Below are positions 19,136 to 28,747 of a DNA stretch of 64,000 nucleotides, piece by piece. Every line of letters begins with the position of its first letter. Within the stretch, counting starts at the first letter, position 1. This stretch comes from Ignavibacteriota bacterium. Lineage in GTDB: Bacteria > Bacteroidota > Ignavibacteria > UBA10030. The notes beneath the pieces were generated by a model, which did not search any database, was not told the DNA's origin, and saw only the letters and a program-made list of their open reading frames with translations. The DNA is taken from assembly GCA_003170475.1 (NCBI GenBank), contig PMZI01000016.1, forward strand, positions 9,165 to 73,164, given 5' to 3'. The position numbers were made by a program, and so were the translations under genes.

Positions 19136-20599
19136 TCAGGAATCGCCCGCGAGGATCTTCTCTTTCACACTCAAGAGAAACTTCAACGCGGCGTCGTGTT
19201 CATTGGGGATGATTCCATCAAGGATGGCGTCCGTGACTGCAGATTTCAATTTCCCCACCGCCCGGCCCGGCTCGATTCCGCACACCTGCATGATCTCGTC
19301 ACCCCTGAGTGGCGGTTGCCAGTTTCGAAGTCGATCTTTCTCCTCCACCTCGATCATCTTCTGCGCTACGAGTTCATAGTTCTTCTTTACCTGCTCGACG
19401 AGCTTCGGGTTCTTCGATGTGATATCAGCGCGGCACAGCATCATCAGATCATCGATATCTTGTCCCGCCTCGAACAAGAGCCGGCGAACGGCAGAATCAG
19501 TCACGCCCTCATCCACCAGCGCCATCGGACGCAGATGGAGTCGAACAATCTTCTCCACGTACGCTTGATGATCGAGCGGGAATTTCATCCGCCGGAAGAT
19601 CGGCTTCACCATTCGTGCTCCGATTTCCTCATGTCCATGAAACGTCCAGCCGATACCCTCCTGAAACGCTTTTGTGCGCGGCTTCGCGATGTCATGCAAG
19701 AGCGCAACGATGCGCAACCAGAGATTATCCGAAACGCTAGCGATATTGTCGACGACCCGCATGGTGTGCTGAAAGACATCTTTGTGATGGAAGTCCTGCC
19801 GCTGGTCGACGCCTCCGAGATGGGCCACTTCGGGAAACACCACCTTCATCACTCCTGTCTCGTGCATCAGCTGAAGGCCGATGGATGGTTTGCGACACGA
19901 CAAGATCTTTGTGAATTCATCGGTGATCCGTTCCTGCGAAACGATTTTGAGCCTGGGCGCCATCAACGTCGCGGCGGCCAGAACAGAGGGCTCGATGGCA
20001 AAACCCAGTTGACAGGAGAATCGAAATGCCCTCATGATACGGAGGGGATCATCGTCGAACGTCGCCGACGGATCAAGCGGAGTTCGCAAGATCTCTTCGA
20101 GCAGTGCGTCTTGACCCTGGAACGGATCAACGAGGCGGCCAAAATCTGCCGCGTTGAGCGAAACTGCCATCGCATTGACTGTGAAGTCTCGCCGGCTCAG
20201 ATCGTCGTCCAGCGTACCCCCTTCCACCTTCGGCTTTCGCGAGAACTTACTGTAGCTTTCTTTTCTTGCGCCGACAAACTCGAGCTTGGTGTTCTCGAGC
20301 TGAAGCATCGCAGTCCCGAAATTTTCGAAGATGACGAGATTGGACCTTTGAAATTCCTGGGCAACGTGGTGACCGAACGCGATTCCGTCTCCGAGAACGA
20401 CGATGTCGAAGTCCTTCACCTGTTTGCCGAGGAGCAAATCGCGAACGAACCCTCCGACAACGAATGCCTGCGTCGAGGTCCTGTCTGCAATCTCGCCGAC
20501 TCGCTTCAGCAGCGGATCCTGTATTTCAATGTGCTGTGACACCGGCTCACTGATCGATCTTTTGTGCATTTCCAAAGAGGCTGGCTGTATTCGCCGCAA
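19136..20599 (-). CDS. CCA tRNA nucleotidyltransferase / poly(A) polymerase family with HD domain
   Basis: 'AFVVGGFVRDLLLGK' polymerase head motif. HD-domain 'LLHDIAKP'. The true start is probably an internal Met, since the ORF overlaps the upstream gene by 53 nt. Confidence 0.75.
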   Translation of the reverse strand: MRRIQPASLEMHKRSISEPVSQHIEIQDPLLKRVGEIADRTSTQAFVVGGFVRDLLLGKQVKDFDIVVLGDGIAFGHHVAQEFQRSNLVIFENFGTAMLQLENTKLEFVGARKESYSKFSRKPKVEGGTLDDDLSRRDFTVNAMAVSLNAADFGRLVDPFQGQDALLEEILRTPLDPSATFDDDPLRIMRAFRFSCQLGFAIEPSVLAAATLMAPRLKIVSQERITDEFTKILSCRKPSIGLQLMHETGVMKVVFPEVAHLGGVDQRQDFHHKDVFQHTMRVVDNIASVSDNLWLRIVALLHDIAKPRTKAFQEGIGWTFHGHEEIGARMVKPIFRRMKFPLDHQAYVEKIVRLHLRPMALVDEGVTDSAVRRLLFEAGQDIDDLMMLCRADITSKNPKLVEQVKKNYELVAQKMIEVEEKDRLRNWQPPLRGDEIMQVCGIEPGRAVGKLKSAVTDAILDGIIPNEHDAALKFLLSVKEKILAGDS

Positions 20600-21566
20600 T
20601 CATCCTGAGGATCTCCTGCGCCACCTCGAGTGCCTGCAGCCCATCACGGCCGGTGACGGGAGGTTCTGTCCCATCCTGAACAGACTTCGCAAAGAGCTCT
20701 AATTCGTATTTCAAAGCGTTCACTTCTTTGACTTCCGGCTGTTCATACACGATGATACGCTTTCTGGTACCCTGATCAATCTTCCCCAACATCATCGTCG
20801 GTTTCACGTTTGGATCACCTTCGTCGACGAGCCGGAATACCTCCGAGAGACCCTGAGAGAAGTCGATCGATATGTATGCATCGTTCTGAAAAAGGCGCAT
20901 CTTGCGCATTTTGTTCTGCGAGATGCGGCTTGCCGTGACGTTTGCAACACAGCCATTTTCAAACTGAAGCCTTGCGTTTGCAATGTCTTCGCTCCCGGAG
21001 ACGACCGACACACCGTTGGCATCCACTCTCACCACCCGCGACTTTACCAGACTGAGGATCAGGTCGATGTCGTGGATCATGAGATCCAACACCACCGCGA
21101 CATCAGATCCCCGCGGATTGAACTGTGCGAGTCGGTGCGACTCTATGAACAATGGCGCGATCTTGTATTGTTCCAGAGCCAGAATGGCGGGATTGAACCG
21201 TTCAATATGGCCGACCTGGATGGATACATTTTTCTTCTCAGCAAGGGCAACCAGCTTTCTCGCCTGGTCGATCGTTTCCGTAATGGGTTTCTCAATAAAC
21301 GTATGCAGTCCCCGGTCGAGAGCTTGACAAGCGACATCGTAGTGCGTTGTCGTTGTGGTCGCTATGCTTACTGCCTGAATATCCCGAAGCAACTCGTCCA
21401 GGCTTGTATACGCCTTCGTCCCGTGCTCGGCAGCCACCTTCAGCGCTTTTTCGGTATCAGCGTCAAATACTCCAACAAGATCAACATTGGTGATTTGCGC
21501 AAACATCTTGGTGTGGAGATTTCCCAAATGCCCCGTCCCCACCACCCCAATTCTGACTTTTTCCAT
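20547..21566 (-). CDS. Gfo/Idh/MocA-family NAD(P)-dependent oxidoreductase
   Basis: MEKVRIGVVGTGHLGNLHTKMF Rossmann N-terminus and the family-typical C-terminal alpha/beta domain. Confidence 0.75.
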   Translation of the reverse strand: MEKVRIGVVGTGHLGNLHTKMFAQITNVDLVGVFDADTEKALKVAAEHGTKAYTSLDELLRDIQAVSIATTTTTHYDVACQALDRGLHTFIEKPITETIDQARKLVALAEKKNVSIQVGHIERFNPAILALEQYKIAPLFIESHRLAQFNPRGSDVAVVLDLMIHDIDLILSLVKSRVVRVDANGVSVVSGSEDIANARLQFENGCVANVTASRISQNKMRKMRLFQNDAYISIDFSQGLSEVFRLVDEGDPNVKPTMMLGKIDQGTRKRIIVYEQPEVKEVNALKYELELFAKSVQDGTEPPVTGRDGLQALEVAQEILRMIAANTASLFGNAQKIDQ

Positions 21567-21587
21567 TCTCGTACCTCGATTTGCGTG

Positions 21588-22829
21588 CTATTCAGTGGTC
21601 TGTTCGTTGCCGCCGGGGCTCAACCGCTGAATGAAACCGATGATGCGGTCATAGCCTCCCAGCCTGTCATCATGATAGTACAGGAAAGCGGAATACGCGT
21701 TCACCGTTCGCCAGTCATTTCCCTCGAGAGTAACCCAGTCATTCGGTCCAACGACATATTGATAGTCGTAGAGACCGCGCCGCAAGGAAGTGGACCAGAC
21801 ATAACGGTGAGTATCATTGTCATACGACATCGTACAATTTGGCGACGGTGTCCAGAGATTGAAGTCGCCGACGACAAAGACCGTTTCATACTGCCGGCTC
21901 TCGGAAGCGAGTTCAAATCGATATGAGACATAGTCTGCGTACCGACCCGTCGTTGTCACAGTGGAAACTCCGTTGTGATCCCCTCTTGGCGGCTGCAGAA
22001 AACGACTGACATCGGATCCCTGACGGGAACGAAGATCCTGCCCCTCGGGATAGTCCGTCACGTTCCGAAGATCGAGGTGGCGGTAATCATTCCCTGGCGG
22101 CACGTTGTCAACCCAAAATCTCATCTTCGTGGTACCGAATCCATCAACAAAAGTATTGGGGCCGGGAAAGTCGGCGTCAATTCTCCAGCGGTTTCCAAGC
22201 TCGCGGTTCTTGTATACGTCCACACCTTTTGTTTTGATGGGATAGAATACTTCCTCCTTTACCAACTCGGGTCGAGGCAGAGCAACCCCCACTTCGATTT
22301 TATTCACCTGATTGTACGGATTGACTTCCGAAGGAAGCGATCGATTGCCGATCTTCATGACAGGAGCAACCATTGCCTCCACGACGAAAAACCGGCCGCG
22401 CGCAACAGCATCCTTCGTGCCCGCATCGACGATTTCGAAGACATAATTCCCCGAGTGAGCAAAATGATCCAAACCGGCGATCCCCGGTAACAGCACATGG
22501 TAGTGGAACCGATACATCCGGACGCCCGCGGGAGCTGGATCAAACGACAACGGTGCTCTCGATCGGTTTTGCGTTTCGTCATTGATGAAATACGAGTTCG
22601 TCACGTTCCAATCTCTGTCGCAATGCAGCACCCGAATAAAGAAGTCGGGAGGCTGGGTATCCGTCACATCAAACTCGATGGTGATAGGGCGCGATTGGAT
22701 CATGGCCACAGGGAAGCCCGCTTCTGCAGACCCGTAAACCCGAAGTCCCCTGACTCGATCAGAGAGAATCTCTTGTGCGAGAGCAAGGTGCGTCAGAAGG
22801 AGCAAACTGGCGAGTACGCATTGTTTCAT
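21588..22829 (-). CDS. secreted protein with C-terminal CBM48/E-set-like (glycogen/starch-binding-type) beta-sandwich
   Basis: Signal peptide MKQCVLASLLLLTHLALAQ. The C-terminal 'VFVVGDFNLWTPSPNCTMSYDNDTHRYVWSTSLRRGLYDYQYVVG' fits the V.V.GdFNnW....M......W.....G.Y.Y.Y.V pattern of CBM48/AMPK-beta glycogen-binding domains. Confidence 0.45.
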   Translation of the reverse strand: MKQCVLASLLLLTHLALAQEILSDRVRGLRVYGSAEAGFPVAMIQSRPITIEFDVTDTQPPDFFIRVLHCDRDWNVTNSYFINDETQNRSRAPLSFDPAPAGVRMYRFHYHVLLPGIAGLDHFAHSGNYVFEIVDAGTKDAVARGRFFVVEAMVAPVMKIGNRSLPSEVNPYNQVNKIEVGVALPRPELVKEEVFYPIKTKGVDVYKNRELGNRWRIDADFPGPNTFVDGFGTTKMRFWVDNVPPGNDYRHLDLRNVTDYPEGQDLRSRQGSDVSRFLQPPRGDHNGVSTVTTTGRYADYVSYRFELASESRQYETVFVVGDFNLWTPSPNCTMSYDNDTHRYVWSTSLRRGLYDYQYVVGPNDWVTLEGNDWRTVNAYSAFLYYHDDRLGGYDRIIGFIQRLSPGGNEQTTE

Positions 22830-24328
22830 CGTTTCACCCTGTACAAAGTGTAGTACATCAATCCAGGCTTGGTGATCCCCAATCCTGGAAACATTCTCGT
22901 CATGACCGGCTCCATAGTCGCGGCGACCAATCGTTCCGGCGTAGGAGAACAGTCAATAACGTACCCGGGCTGAATTGCCGCCTCGTATTTCTTCTCTCTC
23001 ATCCCAGTGTCATAGCTCTCATTGCCGAACGCGCGTCGAACGTCCGGGTCAATGGACCCTGAAACATCAAACGCATTTCGCTCAGAGACATATCCGATGA
23101 CGCCGGCCTGCGGGGCCAGGACCGTCGTCCCTGCCGGAGTGTTGGTTCTCAACCAGTATGCAAGAGGCTTGAGACATTCAGTCACACCCAACTCGAGGTT
23201 GTTCATGTGAGGGAGGACCCAGACCCGGTAGACGACCTGATTCTGCGCAAGGGAAACTCCCGCGATGATCAGGAGAATGATGAAGCCCCGTCGTGGAGAA
23301 ACGAGAGCGGCGATTTCCAGCCTCTTAAGTCCCCAGAGACCATACACAACAAAAATAGGCAGCACAAGAAGCAATTGACGGGATCCCACCTCAATATTGA
23401 AAATAACATACCACAACGGAACAGCGAACGCCCAGAGGAGCGGGAAACACTCTTCACGAACCACACTCCATCCGAACTCTCGCACGGTCACGACCATACC
23501 AACCACGAGAAAGAGGACAAGGAGCAGCTGCGTCGATCCTATGATCTCTGCGGTCGCGAAAATATTCCTCAACATTGTCGACCAGGAAGATCCGCCAAAC
23601 GGGGCATTCTGCAGCTGGTTCGGAAGCAGCGTCCCAAAATGAAGGTACGCAAACCCCAACCACGTCCCTACAACCATAGCGTAGAGCACAACAGATCCCA
23701 CAACTACCCTGATCGCCGACATTCTGCTACGGCTGTTGAGAACCGCATCGATCTGGACGGCAAGGAAGAGGAATACTCCTTCCGGACGTACGAGGGTCAA
23801 CAAACCTGCGACGAGCGACGACGTGACGTACTCTTTTTTATACGCATACCACAACGAAAGCATGGCCAGAAGAACAGCCAGAGACGTTTCCGTTCCGGAA
23901 CCCGTCCACCGAAGGAACCACGCATCGAACGAGAAAATCAAAGTCGCAATGATGGCATACAACCGGTCGCGGATCACCACGTATGCGAACGCCAAGACCG
24001 CCATCAATGCCAAGCTGGCGAGAACGATATCGAGAGTCTTGGCGACTATATACGGATCGAGACTGAGCTTCACCCCTCCTGCAATAAGGATTGCCCATAA
24101 CGGTCCCGAAACTCCGTACGAAGGAGACCCAGCATTAAAGGAGATCCCTTCGCCTCGAGCGATGTTCCTTCCGTATTGCAGATAAACATAAGTATCGTCC
24201 GGCGTATGGCTGAAGTGGAGACTGGCTGTTACATAGAAAATGAGGACGATGATGGCAGCGCCATATTGCAGCACGATCTGCCAGAAGAACATTCTTCTCC
24301 TCAACTGCCGTTCCAATGCCTCAGTCAA
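22826..24328 (-). CDS. GT-C-fold membrane glycosyltransferase (family 39 / ArnT-PMT-like)
   Basis: 500 aa with more than 10 TM segments. The first periplasmic loop carries 'HTPDDTYVY' (the conserved acidic motif of GT39/ArnT). There is a 4-nt overlap with the downstream gene. Confidence 0.55.
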   Translation of the reverse strand: MTEALERQLRRRMFFWQIVLQYGAAIIVLIFYVTASLHFSHTPDDTYVYLQYGRNIARGEGISFNAGSPSYGVSGPLWAILIAGGVKLSLDPYIVAKTLDIVLASLALMAVLAFAYVVIRDRLYAIIATLIFSFDAWFLRWTGSGTETSLAVLLAMLSLWYAYKKEYVTSSLVAGLLTLVRPEGVFLFLAVQIDAVLNSRSRMSAIRVVVGSVVLYAMVVGTWLGFAYLHFGTLLPNQLQNAPFGGSSWSTMLRNIFATAEIIGSTQLLLVLFLVVGMVVTVREFGWSVVREECFPLLWAFAVPLWYVIFNIEVGSRQLLLVLPIFVVYGLWGLKRLEIAALVSPRRGFIILLIIAGVSLAQNQVVYRVWVLPHMNNLELGVTECLKPLAYWLRTNTPAGTTVLAPQAGVIGYVSERNAFDVSGSIDPDVRRAFGNESYDTGMREKKYEAAIQPGYVIDCSPTPERLVAATMEPVMTRMFPGLGITKPGLMYYTLYRVKR

Positions 24329-25067
24329 CTCGGTCCCTTAGCCACGCTGAAAAATCCGCCACAGTGTGAAACGCGTAGTCCGTCTTCATCTGAAGGACTT
24401 TTTCCTTTGTGTATGAGTCCCACAGGACTACTGCAACTCTCACTCCAGCCTCCCGCGCCGCTTTGACATCCCCGACGGAGTCTCCTACCATCAGAACTTC
24501 ATCTTCCCGGAGTGAGAAATGGTCCAGTATTTTTTGAATGCCCTCGGGATCCGGCTTATGGTTTACGACATCATTGCCCGTCACCACATATTCGAAATAC
24601 GGCATCAGTGCAAAAGCCTGCATCGTAATGGTTGCGGTGTGGATACCCTTCCCTGTGAACAACGCACAATGGACTTTCCTCCTCCGAAGAAACCGAAGGA
24701 GATCGAGAATACCAGGGTACAATCGTGCCAACTCTTTGTGATGTCTTCTATAATATGCGAGATACTCCTTCATCACTTGTTCGATTTGCTCTTCAGTCAC
24801 AATATCGAGAAGCGCCCCTTCTTCCGGGGGGCCAAACATTGCGACGATTTCAGAGGGTGAGTACGTCTTCCCTTTGTACTTCATGGCGATGAAGTTGAAG
24901 GAATCGAAAATCAGCTGATTCGTTTCCGTCAATGTGCCATCCATATCGAAGATCACGCACTTGAATTTCGGCTTCTTCCCACGCAACTTTCTCAATGACG
25001 GCAGTCGGGATCGGATCATAGGTAAATCACCTTCAATGAGGTCGGAAATAGGAAAGGCGCCAAGCAC
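24321..25067 (-). CDS. HAD-superfamily hydrolase (phosphatase)
   Basis: Motif I 'KCVIFDMDGTL'. Motif IV 'MVGDSVGDVKAAREAG'. Confidence 0.8.
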   Translation of the reverse strand: MLGAFPISDLIEGDLPMIRSRLPSLRKLRGKKPKFKCVIFDMDGTLTETNQLIFDSFNFIAMKYKGKTYSPSEIVAMFGPPEEGALLDIVTEEQIEQVMKEYLAYYRRHHKELARLYPGILDLLRFLRRRKVHCALFTGKGIHTATITMQAFALMPYFEYVVTGNDVVNHKPDPEGIQKILDHFSLREDEVLMVGDSVGDVKAAREAGVRVAVVLWDSYTKEKVLQMKTDYAFHTVADFSAWLRDRVD

Positions 25068-25323
25068 ACCTCCGGAGAAAACTGCAACGGAGGGATCGAC
25101 GCCTCACACTCTCTCTACGGCACGATGTCGTCGCCCGGTAGACACACGACCAGACTTCTCTGTTGTGGAAAGGACCATTCTCTATGAAATGGCTTCCGGC
25201 GCGGCGTAGAGCCGCTCACCTGATGTTTTTCTGAGTGCTCCACAACTTATTGTGATAAATATACCAAACCTTTCCCTGCCGTGCAATAATGTGGACAGTG
25301 CCCGGAAGGCACGGAAAAGCTTC

Positions 25324-26571
25324 ATGCAATCCAAGCAAAGTGGTAATGATGCTGCGGGTCGCTGCATTGCTTCTCGTTCCAATTCTCTCTACTTTGCCTC
25401 TGTGAAAAAGCAAATCATCCTTCGCAAGAACGAAGAACACCGGATTCTTGCCGGCCATCAGTGGGTGTTTTCCAACGAGATCAAGGCTGTCAACGGCACC
25501 CCTGAGGCAGGCGATGTCGTGGAACTCCTCCGACATGACGAGAAATTCCTGGGAGTAGGCTTCTACAACCCACATTCTCTCATCGCTTTCAGGCTCCTGA
25601 GTCGGGAGATGGACACAATCACGTTTGAATTCTTCGAGCGTCGAATCAGCCAGGCGCTGGAGCTTCGCAAACGGCTGTACCCCGATGCTGAAACCTTCAG
25701 ACTCGTCCATGGCGAGGCAGATTTCCTCCCGGGTCTGGTGATCGACAAGTATAACGAGTATTTCTCAATTCAGACTCTCGCCGTTGGAATGGATCGCCGC
25801 ACAACTCTGATCTGCGACGTCCTCGATTCGATCTTCCATCCTAAAGCGATTATCGAACGAAATGAATCGCCTCTCAGGTCTCTAGAGCAACTTCCTCAGC
25901 AAAAGGGGGTCTTGCGGGGAACCATCGGACAAACCATCGTTTCGGAGTACGGTGTGAAGTTCAAGGCGGCCTTGATGGATGGACAGAAGACCGGCCTCTT
26001 TCTCGACCAGAGGGAAAACAGGCGCGCCATACAGAGGTATGTCAAAGGTGCGTCGGTACTGGATTGCTTCTGCAACGACGGCGGCTTCGCTCTCTATGCT
26101 GCGGTCGCCGGAGCTGGCAGCGTGCTCGCAGTTGACAGTTCAGAAACAGCCATCGCGAACGCCAGGGTCAATGCGACCATGAACGAGGTCCCGGAGATTC
26201 AGTTCGAGACCTGCGATGTCTTTGACAAGCTCCCCGAACTCGACAAAGCCGGGCAACGGTTTGACATCGTTATCCTGGATCCGCCTTCCTTCAGCAGAAA
26301 CAAGAAGACGGTCGCCACAGCCCTCAAGGGCTACCGCGAGATTAATGCGGGAGCACTGAAACTCATCAATCCCGGCGGCATCCTCGTCACGGCATCATGC
26401 TCCCATCACGTCACGGATCAGTCATTCATCGAAACCATTGAGGCCGCTGCACGTTTAACCCATCGTGCGCTTCAACTTCTGGAGTGGCGGGGCGCCGCTC
26501 CCGACCATCCCACGCTTCCGTCCATGCCGGAGACGGCGTATTTGAAATTTGGGATCTTCGCGGTTCGCTGA
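25324..26571 (+). CDS. rlmI: class I SAM-dependent rRNA (cytosine-C5) methyltransferase, RlmI/RlmK-like with N-terminal PUA domain
   Basis: 'ILAGHQWVFSNEI' PUA-like start. 'VLDCFCNDGGFALYAA' SAM motif. 'ILDPPSFSRNKK' catalytic motif. Start taken at the first ATG (MQSKQ...). Confidence 0.7.
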   Translation: MQSKQSGNDAAGRCIASRSNSLYFASVKKQIILRKNEEHRILAGHQWVFSNEIKAVNGTPEAGDVVELLRHDEKFLGVGFYNPHSLIAFRLLSREMDTITFEFFERRISQALELRKRLYPDAETFRLVHGEADFLPGLVIDKYNEYFSIQTLAVGMDRRTTLICDVLDSIFHPKAIIERNESPLRSLEQLPQQKGVLRGTIGQTIVSEYGVKFKAALMDGQKTGLFLDQRENRRAIQRYVKGASVLDCFCNDGGFALYAAVAGAGSVLAVDSSETAIANARVNATMNEVPEIQFETCDVFDKLPELDKAGQRFDIVILDPPSFSRNKKTVATALKGYREINAGALKLINPGGILVTASCSHHVTDQSFIETIEAAARLTHRALQLLEWRGAAPDHPTLPSMPETAYLKFGIFAVR

Positions 26572-26639
26572 AATCTTGCATCTCTGCGCCCTCGGAACTA
26601 TATTATTGGAGTAATCGTTGTGAAGAATGATAACGGGAG

Positions 26640-27392
26640 ATGAGAACGATGAAACGATATCCTGCGTTTTGCGCGGCCTGGCTGCTCGCAATTCTGCCGG
26701 CACTCTCTTTGGCCCAGGAATACCCCCAGCGCGATTCTTCGATTGTTTTCACACCTTCCAGTCCCAACTTAATACAGAAGACGACCTATGAGCCTTATCG
26801 CAGCGCTTGGGGTGTGGACCTTATGCTGTCGAATAACGGTTTCGGGGCAGGAGCGTTCTTCCGGCATGAGTTCTCGGATGTTCTTGCGGGATTCGTTCAG
26901 CTGGCAATTTCTGATGTCAAAGATGACTCTGAAGTCGATTATGTGGATCCCTACACCGGGACCTCGTACACGCCCGGAAAAATTAACCGGCTTATGCTTT
27001 TTCCGCTGACGCTGGGAATGCAGTATCGACTTTTCAGGGAGACTATTGCTGACAATTTCCGCCCCTACCTCAGCGCCGGCCTGGGACCTTCCTTCATCAT
27101 GGTTGCGCCGTATGCGACTCCGACAACGGTGAACGTCGATGGCGGTGGCACGTTTACGTACTTTGAGCAGATCGATTTCTTTGACAGCCTCAAAAAGGCT
27201 CAGATGAAAATGACGCTTGGAGCTTACGTGGGTGCGGGTGCGTACTTCGGCGTGAATGCAGGCACACTGACAGGCATCAGCTTCCGTTACTATTTCATTC
27301 CGTATGCTCCGGGCCTGGAGAGCCTCCAAGATGTCAAGATCACACGGTTCGGAGGTTTCTACATCACGTTGAATTTTGGCTCTCTCATCTAA
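26640..27392 (+). CDS. small outer-membrane beta-barrel protein (OmpW/porin-like, 8-10 strands)
   Basis: Signal peptide, then alternating hydrophobic beta-strand pattern ending ...FYITLNFGSLI. A terminator lies immediately downstream. Confidence 0.5.
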   Translation: MRTMKRYPAFCAAWLLAILPALSLAQEYPQRDSSIVFTPSSPNLIQKTTYEPYRSAWGVDLMLSNNGFGAGAFFRHEFSDVLAGFVQLAISDVKDDSEVDYVDPYTGTSYTPGKINRLMLFPLTLGMQYRLFRETIADNFRPYLSAGLGPSFIMVAPYATPTTVNVDGGGTFTYFEQIDFFDSLKKAQMKMTLGAYVGAGAYFGVNAGTLTGISFRYYFIPYAPGLESLQDVKITRFGGFYITLNFGSLI

Positions 27393-27410
27393 TTTGATCT
27401 TCACTAAAAC

Positions 27411-27440
27411 AAAAAAGCGCACCCTCGGTGCGCTTTTTTG
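27411..27440 (+). terminator. rho-independent terminator (A6-gcgcacc-ctc-ggtgcgc-T6)
   Basis: Perfect 7-bp GC stem 27417-27423/27427-27433 flanked by an A-run and a T-run. Confidence 0.75.
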
Positions 27441-27657
27441 CTATCTGGCATACAGTTCCAAAACAATTGAAGCACTTCGAAACCCATAGAGCCTCCCCTT
27501 CGCTCTATGGACCTGCAAAGTGCTTCACAATTTCGTCTTTAAGGTCGCACGCTGTCCAATATCTTGGTGTGATTCGAGTCACTTCTGCTCCGAATGGGCA
27601 ACCGCATGCAACCATGACCCTCCGCTCCAAAAACCAAACCACAAAGCCTTTCGCAGG

Positions 27658-27699
27658 GTGTAGCGGTTTGCATCCCTCGGGCATCTAACTCTTGAGCAG
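27658..27699 (+). promoter_or_regulatory. copy B of the conserved element GTGTAGCG-N16-CATCTAACTcTTGAGCAG, ending 14 nt before the ECF sigma ATG
   Basis: See copy A (6308-6349). Its position fits an autoregulated ECF promoter or operator. Confidence 0.45.
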
Positions 27700-27713
27700 G
27701 AACTCGCTCACCT

Positions 27714-28241
27714 ATGCAGGACGACAATCACTGGGTCACTCGAGCCAAAAGCGGGAATCAGAGAGCATTCAAGGTCCTTTACGACGAGAATGTCACTCCC
27801 CTTTACCGTTTTCTAAAGCAGTTTTCGCGGGGCGACGAAGAGGTCCACGAGTGGGTTCAACGGGCATTCATCAAAGCGTTTGAACACATCGATTCGTTCG
27901 ATCATCGTTCGAAGTTTTCGTCGTGGCTCTTTAGGCTCGCGATCAATGAAATGAAAATGGACCGGCGCCGCGAGCACATCGTCCGATTCGAATCTCTCGA
28001 AGCTCTCGGTGATGTCGCTGATTCGGAAGAGCCCTCGTTCGAGTGGCACCACACGATGAAAAGCTGGATGGGAGAGCTCGACGATACAAAGCGGATGGTG
28101 TTCATCCTCTATGAAGTCGAAGGCTATTCACACGCAGAGATCGCCTCTGTGATTGGAATCGCAGAGAGTTCTTCGAGAACGCTCTTGACCCGGGCAAAGC
28201 GGATTCTTCAGGACCATTGGAACAAGGAGATGAAACAATGA
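27714..28241 (+). CDS. RNA polymerase sigma-70 factor, ECF subfamily
   Basis: 175 aa. Region 2 'AFKVLYDENVTPLYRFLKQFSRGDEEVHEWVQRAFIKAFEHIDSF'. Region 4 'MVFILYEVEGYSHAEIASVIGIAESSSRTLLTRAKRIL'. Confidence 0.85.
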   Translation: MQDDNHWVTRAKSGNQRAFKVLYDENVTPLYRFLKQFSRGDEEVHEWVQRAFIKAFEHIDSFDHRSKFSSWLFRLAINEMKMDRRREHIVRFESLEALGDVADSEEPSFEWHHTMKSWMGELDDTKRMVFILYEVEGYSHAEIASVIGIAESSSRTLLTRAKRILQDHWNKEMKQ

Positions 28242-28747
28242 CAAAGCCAGAGGATTTCTACACTTCTGACGATTCGCCGGGAAGACGGGCCAGGTCCGGA
28301 ATGTGGCGTGGTATTCAACGGCACACAGCTCCTCTGCAAGCAAACAAATGGTTCGTTAGCGATCGAAGGAGCTTCGTCCTCGGAATGGCCACAACGGTTG
28401 TCATCGGACTCGCTCTCGTCGGAACATGGACTTTGACCCGACAAGCGTTTGAAAATGCGCAACCACAGCCTCTGCGGTTGGAACGAGCGTATATCTCCGC
28501 GATCAACGAATTCGAGCATGTATTGCCGTTCGTCACCGCGAAGGTGTCTCAGACCCCCCAAAGCAAAGAAGAGCTGACTCAGCGAGCCCAGCAATTGTCC
28601 CTCATCGATGCGGCGATCAGCCAGCTGCGTCTTCAAACAAACGTGATCGACCTTTCGCCTCTCATACGAGAACGACTGCGCCAGCTCTACGCGATGAAAC
28701 TTCAGATTCTGCAGCAGATGATCGAAAGAGGAGAAATTGATCTATGA
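28238..28747 (+). CDS. anti-sigma factor (single-pass membrane protein)
   Basis: ATGA overlap with the sigma gene stop. It has a cytoplasmic N-terminus, one TM segment (FVLGMATTVVIGLALVGTW) and a periplasmic C-terminus. Confidence 0.6.
   Translation: MTKPEDFYTSDDSPGRRARSGMWRGIQRHTAPLQANKWFVSDRRSFVLGMATTVVIGLALVGTWTLTRQAFENAQPQPLRLERAYISAINEFEHVLPFVTAKVSQTPQSKEELTQRAQQLSLIDAAISQLRLQTNVIDLSPLIRERLRQLYAMKLQILQQMIERGEIDL

Noticed and set aside
19196-20539. 447-aa plus-strand ORF antisense to the CCA/HD nucleotidyltransferase gene
   Set aside because: The sense-strand product has clear polymerase-head and HD motifs. The antisense translation is low-complexity and Arg/His-rich, with no recognisable domain. 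Long antisense ORFs are expected at this GC content.
25216-25710. 164-aa minus-strand ORF overlapping the 5' half of the RlmI-like gene
   Set aside because: It is entirely antisense to a well-supported methyltransferase gene (PUA domain, SAM motifs). It has no family features and no start context. It is a typical shadow ORF in a GC-rich frame.
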